Source: an uncultured Gammaproteobacteria bacterium (GTDB lineage: Bacteria > Patescibacteriota > Patescibacteriia > SG8-24). Taken from it: a DNA stretch of 64,000 nt. Positions 58,075-64,000 of this stretch are shown here, piece after piece. Both the position numbers and the translations under genes were made by a program. The stretch is from assembly GCA_964491475.1 (NCBI GenBank), contig CAZBFO010000004.1:3290-67289 (forward strand). Direction: 5' to 3'. The notes below the pieces were generated by a model, which worked only from the letters and a program-made list of their open reading frames with translations, made no database searches and was not told the origin of the DNA. Each line of letters begins with the position of its first letter. Position 1 is the stretch's first letter.

Positions 58075-59202
58075 ATGAGCACTAAAGAAAAGTTGAGGCT
58101 GGCCGATCTTCTTGAAGACAAGGCGTTCCTGATGATTCCCAAGCAGGGCGATGTGGTGAAGGGCAAGGTCATTTCCGTTTCCAAGAACGAGGTCCGCATC
58201 GATATCGAGAACTACCGCACCGGCGTGGTCCGCGGCCGCGAAATCGCCGACCCCTCGCGCGTCTTTGCCGACGTACAGGCCGGTGACTCCGTTGAGGCCA
58301 CCGTCGTCGACCTCGAAAACGAGGCGGGCGAAGTCGAACTGTCCTTCCGCTTTGCGGGTCACCGCAAGGCCTGGGACATGCTCCAGGACCTGTTCCGCTC
58401 GGGTGAAACCGTGGCCGTGAAGGTCCTCGAGGCTTCCAAGGGCGGCTTGCTGGTCAAGCTGAACCACATCTCGGGCTTCCTCCCCGTCTCGCAGCTCGCT
58501 CCGGACAACTACCCGCGCGTGGCCGGCGGCGACAAGTCCAAGATTCTCGAGAAGCTGAAGACCTTCACCGGAAAGTCGATGGACGTCCGCGTCATCGACG
58601 TCAACGAGGGCGAAGAGAAGCTCATCGTTTCCGAGAAGGCCGTCTGGGAAGACAAGCAGAAGAACGTCATTTCCAAGTTCAAGGTCGGTGACACCGTCGA
58701 AGGAGAAGTTTCCGCGCTCGCCGACTTCGGCGCGTTCGTGAAGTTCGACATCCTCGAGGGTCTCGTCCACATCTCGGAGATCGCCTGGCAGCGCATCGAC
58801 CACCCGCGCGACATCCTCAAGGTCGGCGACACGGTCAAGGCCGAAATCATCGGCATCGAGGGCTCCAAGATCTTCCTCTCCATGAAGAAGCTCGTCGAGG
58901 ACCCCTGGAAGCGCGTCGGCGACAAGTACAAGGTCGGCGAGAAGGTCATGGGCAAGGTCCTCAAGATCAACCCCTTCGGCTTCTTCGTCGAATTGGATCC
59001 GGAGATTCACGGCCTGGCCCACATTTCCGAGCTGTCCTCCAAGCCGGTCGCCGACCCGGGCGAAATCGCCAAGGCCGGCGAGACCCGCGAGTTCATGATC
59101 GTCTCCATCGAACCCGAACAGCACCGCCTCGGCCTCTCCATCAAGGCGCTCACCGAAAAGCCCGCCAAGAAGGAAGAGAAGAGCGAGGAAGCGGCGGCGT
59201 AA
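58075..59202 (+). CDS. rpsA: 30S ribosomal protein S1 (4 S1 domains)
   Basis: Repeated S1 motifs (GFLPVSQL, FGAFV..EGLVHISEI, GLAHISEL). Confidence 0.95.
   Translation: MSTKEKLRLADLLEDKAFLMIPKQGDVVKGKVISVSKNEVRIDIENYRTGVVRGREIADPSRVFADVQAGDSVEATVVDLENEAGEVELSFRFAGHRKAWDMLQDLFRSGETVAVKVLEASKGGLLVKLNHISGFLPVSQLAPDNYPRVAGGDKSKILEKLKTFTGKSMDVRVIDVNEGEEKLIVSEKAVWEDKQKNVISKFKVGDTVEGEVSALADFGAFVKFDILEGLVHISEIAWQRIDHPRDILKVGDTVKAEIIGIEGSKIFLSMKKLVEDPWKRVGDKYKVGEKVMGKVLKINPFGFFVELDPEIHGLAHISELSSKPVADPGEIAKAGETREFMIVSIEPEQHRLGLSIKALTEKPAKKEEKSEEAAA
59148..59202 (+). repeat. Direct repeat, copy 1 (rpsA 3' end)
   Basis: 50/55 nt identical to 61236-61290. Confidence 0.9.
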
Positions 59203-59218
59203 CAGCCAACACAGTACG

Positions 59219-59246
59219 AAAGCCCCGTCTGAGGACGGGGCTTTTT
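59219..59246 (+). terminator. rpsA terminator
   Basis: AAAGCCCCGTC-TGAG-GACGGGGCTTTTT. Confidence 0.85.
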
Positions 59247-59370
59247 ACTAACTTGATTACTGAGGAGATTTCCGAGCATCAACTGCGAGTCGAACGTGTT
59301 ACTGGTTTCGGCAGTATTTGTTATGCTTGCACCGAACTTAATCTTTAACGATAGACGTCACCATCTCCTT

Positions 59371-60174
59371 ATGAGCCAGTTCGATAATCCGCAAAGCCCT
59401 GAATACAGGGAAAACATGAAAATGCGGGTAGAGAGCGTCCGCAAGTCGGTTGAAGCGAACGCGGAGCGCGTTGCTTCGGCGGGCGAATGGCCAGCGCACA
59501 TCAAGCCCGGATCCCTGCTTGAACGTATTCCCAAGGAGGGGGAGAAAAACGCTCCCGGCTTTGATGCGGGCATAGCTGCAGCTCTCGACTTGATCCCAAA
59601 GGACAAGCAGGACCTGTCGGCGCATCTTCATGCGAACTACACCAAAGATGCGGTGCTCCGAGTGAGAAAAGAAATTGCGGAACTGGATCCAGATTCCCAG
59701 ACCGCATGGTGGCTGGCAGCCTGCGCCATTTGCAAAGAGGGTGACGTCGACACTGAACAGTTCTTGCGACAAATCGACGACTTCAAGAAGCTCGCCGCTG
59801 ATCCCCAGCTCCGGGAGCAGGCGGCTAAAAAAGAATATGAGCACATAACGAGCGCATTCACGATGAAGGATGGCGTTCCTTATGGTGAAAAGGACGGCAG
59901 CATACAGGGCGCATATATTGCCGGACATCCCTTCGGCTCGACGTACTCCGAAAAATACGGTCTCTATTTCGTGGGTACGTACGAGGACTCGCTCGGCCTT
60001 GAGGACTTCAAATGGTCGGATGAAAAGGACGAGAAGGGCAGGCCAAAAAGTGGACCAGTGTTCGGCAGCAAGCAGTTCGTAAAATGCGCCAGCGAGGAAG
60101 AGTGGAAACGCGTCATGGAAGTCGTCAAGGCCAAACTGCCTGACACCGAGGGGGAAGATTCGACCGTTAAATGA
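59371..60174 (+). CDS. Hypothetical protein (islet gene 1)
   Basis: 267-aa ORF with normal protein composition; no recognised motif. Confidence 0.78.
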   Translation: MSQFDNPQSPEYRENMKMRVESVRKSVEANAERVASAGEWPAHIKPGSLLERIPKEGEKNAPGFDAGIAAALDLIPKDKQDLSAHLHANYTKDAVLRVRKEIAELDPDSQTAWWLAACAICKEGDVDTEQFLRQIDDFKKLAADPQLREQAAKKEYEHITSAFTMKDGVPYGEKDGSIQGAYIAGHPFGSTYSEKYGLYFVGTYEDSLGLEDFKWSDEKDEKGRPKSGPVFGSKQFVKCASEEEWKRVMEVVKAKLPDTEGEDSTVK

Positions 60175-60181
60175 TTCTGCT

Positions 60182-61228
60182 ATGGGCGAAAGACCAGGGT
60201 ACGTTCCCGAAGAAGAAATGACGAAAATGCACGAGGATGCCCTTGAGGTGAATAAGGAGCTCGATGACGTTTTGGCCGAAGGAAAGTACGTGGAAGTACA
60301 GGAGACGGCCAACAAGATAATCAAAAAGCGCGATCTGGCTTCGTCATTTAGCAAAGAAATGGCGACAGCGCTTACGGGGCTGCCTGAAGGCAAGAAGCCG
60401 ACGATGGCCCTCAATGAGAAGGGCATCGCCAATATGTACATGGCGGGACATCTTTTCGGCAAGGATTTCACCATGGAGAACATCGCCAAATGCCTTGTCG
60501 AAGGCGAAGAGGTCACCGACAAGATGAAGCACGGTGCGGAGGGGTCGCGATATTTCAAAATCGACATCCCACATGGTGCCGGCCTGCCGGGCCGCTTTGT
60601 CGTCCCGCAGGAAAGCGGCACGCCCCTTGCGGAACACGTCGCTAACTGGAATCAAAATTGCGAATACAAGTTCAGGCACGGCAACCTTGCTCCCGTAATC
60701 AAGAAGAAGGACATTCCAGACTGGCTCATCGATTACGAGTCGACTTTTTACGTGATCGTCGAGAAGAACCAGCTGCCGGATGGCAAGCTGCAGGTTGCCG
60801 ACGGCCCGACAGAAAACGATCCTGAAGGAAGTTGGCTCATCTCGACGGTCCACTACGGCCAGCCTTCGCGAATCAAACCGCGACCCCCGCGAGAACCGAA
60901 GTGGGACGAATTGAAGAAAGATCCGGCAGCCTCGATGGATGCCGTCGTTGCCTACCTGAAGCAGCAAAGCAAGTACCAGCGGGACTATGACAACTGGAAC
61001 GACGAGCAGAAGAGGGTGGTCTTCGTCGATCTTGAAGCAGAAGGCGTCGGCCAAAGCAGCGTGAAAGATCGACCGAGGGCTGCCGAAAATGCAAGCGACA
61101 CGACTGCCGTACGCCTCGCCGAGATGGAGGGTGATAACGTTGCGTTGCGCAAAATGCTGATGGAAGCCCTGGGTGAAATCAAGCAGCTACGCGCAGATGT
61201 CAAGGGAATGAAGACAAGGCAAAAGTGA
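60182..61228 (+). CDS. Hypothetical protein with a C-terminal coiled coil (islet gene 2)
   Basis: 348-aa ORF beginning 7 nt after gene 1. Confidence 0.78.
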   Translation: MGERPGYVPEEEMTKMHEDALEVNKELDDVLAEGKYVEVQETANKIIKKRDLASSFSKEMATALTGLPEGKKPTMALNEKGIANMYMAGHLFGKDFTMENIAKCLVEGEEVTDKMKHGAEGSRYFKIDIPHGAGLPGRFVVPQESGTPLAEHVANWNQNCEYKFRHGNLAPVIKKKDIPDWLIDYESTFYVIVEKNQLPDGKLQVADGPTENDPEGSWLISTVHYGQPSRIKPRPPREPKWDELKKDPAASMDAVVAYLKQQSKYQRDYDNWNDEQKRVVFVDLEAEGVGQSSVKDRPRAAENASDTTAVRLAEMEGDNVALRKMLMEALGEIKQLRADVKGMKTRQK

Positions 61229-61235
61229 GCGGTGT

Positions 61236-61290
61236 GCTCGACGAAAAGCCCGCCGAGAAGGAAGAGAAGGGCGAGGAAGCCGCGGCGTAA
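61236..61290 (+). pseudogene. Orphaned duplicate of the last 17 codons plus stop of rpsA (direct repeat copy 2)
   Basis: Encodes LDEKPAEKEEKGEEAAA* versus rpsA LTEKPAKKEEKSEEAAA*; followed by its own terminator at 61305-61331. Confidence 0.85.
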
Positions 61291-61431
61291 ATCCGTAGCA
61301 AGCGAAAAGCCGCCCGATGAGGGCGGTTTTTCGTGTCCGCGAGTCTTCGGCCTCAACCCGACACCATTGACGCGTCCGCGTTTTTTGGTTACCGTTCCGG
61401 GTGGTCTTTCACTCGAAAGGAATAGGAAACA

Positions 61432-62136
61432 GTGGAATGGTTTGCAGCGATGCTGCTGACGTTCTGGCATGCCGCTGAGAGGCTTTCCGGACGGCTGCGA
61501 CGACAAGGGAGACGGATGCTCCCGGCCAAGGAGCCTCGCGTTCGCGTGTACTTGCCGCAAGCCTTCTTTGGCGGCCAACGCACGCGGACCGCTGTGCACG
61601 AGGCGGGTCACGCCGTGCTCGCATGGGAAGCGCGCTGCGTAATGGACGTCACGTCGGCGCAGATCGTCGCCGATGACGACGAACGGAGCGCCGGTCTGGT
61701 CAAATACCGTTCAAGGCTGCCGGTCATAGCGCGGGACAATTGGGAACAGGTTTCCATTTGCCTCGCGGGGCTCGCCGCAGAAGTGACGATGTACGGCTCT
61801 TGCCAGAAGGGCGGAGCCGAAGACGACATTCGAAGCGCCCGAGAACTCGTGGACGAGATTTACCAGGGCGAGCGCGGGTATTTCGGCAGTTCGGCCTGCC
61901 CCTGGAACGAGGAGGCGGACAAAGCTCCCTCCATCGCCGGGACGGTGTACGGAGACGACGAAAGGTCGCGCAAGAACGAGATCATCGATTCCTGCTATCG
62001 TCACGCGCTCGCCAAGATTCGCGAACATCGGCATCTGTTCGATGCCGTTGCCGCCGCGCTCGATCAAAAAGGGCGTTTGGACCAGGACGAACTTGCCACG
62101 CTTCTGGGCGAACGTCAGTGGTACCTCTTCCGCTGA
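61432..62136 (+). CDS. Stand-alone FtsH-type (M41-like) zinc metallopeptidase domain
   Basis: TAVHEAGHA, LAGLAAE, GAEDDI..A, AVAAAL...L; no AAA domain. Confidence 0.82.
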   Translation: MEWFAAMLLTFWHAAERLSGRLRRQGRRMLPAKEPRVRVYLPQAFFGGQRTRTAVHEAGHAVLAWEARCVMDVTSAQIVADDDERSAGLVKYRSRLPVIARDNWEQVSICLAGLAAEVTMYGSCQKGGAEDDIRSARELVDEIYQGERGYFGSSACPWNEEADKAPSIAGTVYGDDERSRKNEIIDSCYRHALAKIREHRHLFDAVAAALDQKGRLDQDELATLLGERQWYLFR

Positions 62137-62217
62137 CATGACCGGCCTTACGCGGCGCACGGGAATTCCCGTGCGCTTTTCTTTTTGCGGAAAATGCCAG
62201 AAACACGGGGCCTGATT

Positions 62218-62255
62218 TAGTTAGTGTTGACAGTACACTAACTACGGCATACGGT
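62218..62255 (+). promoter_or_regulatory. NrtR-type operator overlapping the pnuC promoter
   Basis: Perfect inverted repeat TAGTTAGTGT-N7-ACACTAACTA (GT-N7-AC core) over TTGACA-17-TACGGT. Confidence 0.75.
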
Positions 62256-62285
62256 GAGGGCATAAAGTCATTAACCCCCGCACGT

Positions 62286-62960
62286 ATGGCAAAACGCCTC
62301 TTCCCGACCGCGCTCGCGTCCGCATCCGTCCTGCTCACCGTCGCCTCCTGGCGGCACTGGGTTTCGCTCGACCTTACCGAAACGCTCGGCTTCGTGACCG
62401 GCGCCTGGTGCGTCTGGCTCACCGTCAAGGAAGACGTGCTGAACTGGCCCATCGGGATCGCCAACGCGGCCTTCTACGTCGTCGTGTTCCTGCGCGCCAA
62501 GCTGTTCGCCGACATGTCGCTGCAAGTGCTCTATGTCATCCTCGGATTTCTCGGGTGGTACTGGTGGCTGAAGGGCGGCGAGAAAAAGACCGAACTTTTG
62601 GTGACCGCGACTCCCCTCGTGGAATGGGCCTGGCTGCTGCCGGTGTCAGCCCTGTGCACCTGGGGCATGACGCTGTACCTCCGAAGCATCGCCGACGCCG
62701 CGCCGTTCCTGGATGCGCTGACGACGGTGATGAGCCTGGTGGCGCAATATCTGCTCACCAAGAAGTACATTGAGAACTGGCTCGTCTGGATTTCTGCCGA
62801 CGTCATTTACATCGGCCTGTACGCCTGGAAGGGGCTGCCGCTCACCAGCGCGCTCTACTTCATCTTCCTGTGCATGTGCGTCGCGGGACTCAAGGAGTGG
62901 AAGCGATCGCTCGCCGCGCCGCGGCAGGTAACCGCCGAAACGTATGCCGAAGCGATTTGA
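62286..62960 (+). CDS. pnuC: Nicotinamide riboside transporter PnuC
   Basis: NWPIGI, LFADMSLQ, GWYWW, DALTT..SLVAQ, KYIENWLVWI. Confidence 0.93.
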   Translation: MAKRLFPTALASASVLLTVASWRHWVSLDLTETLGFVTGAWCVWLTVKEDVLNWPIGIANAAFYVVVFLRAKLFADMSLQVLYVILGFLGWYWWLKGGEKKTELLVTATPLVEWAWLLPVSALCTWGMTLYLRSIADAAPFLDALTTVMSLVAQYLLTKKYIENWLVWISADVIYIGLYAWKGLPLTSALYFIFLCMCVAGLKEWKRSLAAPRQVTAETYAEAI

Positions 62961-63972
62961 GCATGGCGTGGTCATAGGAAAATTCCTGCCGCCGCATCGG
63001 GGACACAAGTTCCTGATCGACACGGCCGCGGCGCAGTGCGAAAGCGTCACCGTCATCGTCTGCGACAAGGCCGGACAGCCGATTCCCGGCGAGCGCCGCG
63101 CCTCTTGGCTGCGCGAAATCCATCCGGGGACGCGCGTGATCCGCTTCGATGACGTGCTCGCGGACGACGACACGCCTGGCTGGGCCAAGGCTACCGTCGA
63201 CCTGCTCGGCGGCGCTCCCGACGCCGTGTTTTCTTCCGAAGACTACGGGCCCGGATACGCCGCAGCGATGGGTTGCGCGCACGTGATGGTGGACCGAGCC
63301 CGCACCGCCTTCCCCGTTTCGGGCACGTCAATACGACGCGATCCGCTGGCACAGTGGCAATTCCTGGAACCGTGCGTGCGTGCGCATTTCGCCAGGCGCG
63401 TCTGCGTGCTCGGCGCCGAATCCACCGGCACCACGACCATGGCCCGTGCGCTTGCCGAAAAATACCGCACCGTCTGGGCCCCGGAATACGGCCGCGTCTT
63501 TTCGGAAGGCAAATACGCCGCCGGCGATCCCGCCTGGAGCACTGCGGAGTTCGTGCACATCGCCGAGCAGCAATCGGCGATGGAAGACTGGCTGGCACGC
63601 TCGGCCAACAAGCTGGTGGTCTGCGACACCGACCCGTTTGCCACGACCATCTGGCATGAACGCTACATGGGCAGGCCGTCTGCGGCGGTCAAGGCGATTG
63701 CCGACGCGCGGCGTTACGACCTCTACCTGCTGACTGCCGACGACATCCCGTTCGTGCAGGACGGCACCAGGGACGGCGAACATCTGCGCAACTGGATGCA
63801 CGGCCGTTTTGAGGAGGCGCTGGCGGCCAGCGGACGCCCGTATGTGGTCCTGCGCGGAACGCACGCGGAACGGCTGCGGGAAGCATCGGCGCTGATTGAC
63901 GGGCTGCTGTCTGAGGTTTCTCGTGCCTGTGCTATCCTGTCTCCATGCGCAACCGCCCCCATGCCATTCTGA
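62944..63972 (+). CDS. nadR: NadR-like NMN adenylyltransferase / ribosylnicotinamide kinase (no HTH domain)
   Basis: GKFLPPHRGH, FSSEDYG, SGTSIR, GAESTGTTT, EYGR, CDTD, FVQDGTR. Confidence 0.9.
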   Translation: MPKRFEHGVVIGKFLPPHRGHKFLIDTAAAQCESVTVIVCDKAGQPIPGERRASWLREIHPGTRVIRFDDVLADDDTPGWAKATVDLLGGAPDAVFSSEDYGPGYAAAMGCAHVMVDRARTAFPVSGTSIRRDPLAQWQFLEPCVRAHFARRVCVLGAESTGTTTMARALAEKYRTVWAPEYGRVFSEGKYAAGDPAWSTAEFVHIAEQQSAMEDWLARSANKLVVCDTDPFATTIWHERYMGRPSAAVKAIADARRYDLYLLTADDIPFVQDGTRDGEHLRNWMHGRFEEALAASGRPYVVLRGTHAERLREASALIDGLLSEVSRACAILSPCATAPMPF

Positions 63973-64000
63973 TCGTCTTCGTCTTCAGCTGGATGCTTAC
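63945..64000 (+). CDS. 5' end of a probable membrane or secreted protein running off the window
   Basis: TGCTATCCT -10 six nt before the ATG; MRNRPHAILIVFVFSWML. Confidence 0.45.
   Translation, partial: MRNRPHAILIVFVFSWML

Larger units (their letters stand above)
59203..61290 (+). mobile_element. About 2.1-kb inserted islet bounded by a duplicated rpsA 3' end (no integrase)
   Basis: Flanking 55-bp imperfect direct repeats; visibly more A/T-rich sequence than the flanks. Confidence 0.65.

Overview
High-GC chromosomal segment, genetic code 11. Gene content and architecture point to a Patescibacteria/CPR bacterium (inference): split ComEC, PilT, short ProRS, baseplate-J-like membrane protein, tRNA-Arg(UCG), and mostly SD-less core genes. 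Housekeeping genes (ndk, leuS, trxAB, infB, truB, rny, HU, proS, pilT, rnc, nusB, rpmF, gyrA, rpsA, two tRNAs) are interleaved with many mostly monocistronic accessory genes that carry strong Shine-Dalgarno sites and often their own sigma70 promoters and terminators. These include four predicted outer-membrane-type beta-barrels (three tandem paralogs), lipoproteins, two FGE/SUMF1-domain lipoproteins and lipid kinase/phosphatase genes. Also present: a 12.8-kb polysaccharide locus built from multi-domain fusions, a probable 6S-like RNA upstream of rny, a histidine kinase lacking its canonical His, a 2-kb integrase-less insert bounded by a duplicated rpsA 3' end, and a pnuC-nadR operon with an NrtR-type operator. 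No CRISPR array, rRNA, transposase or integrase was seen. All protein calls come from motif recognition by eye; no database search was run.
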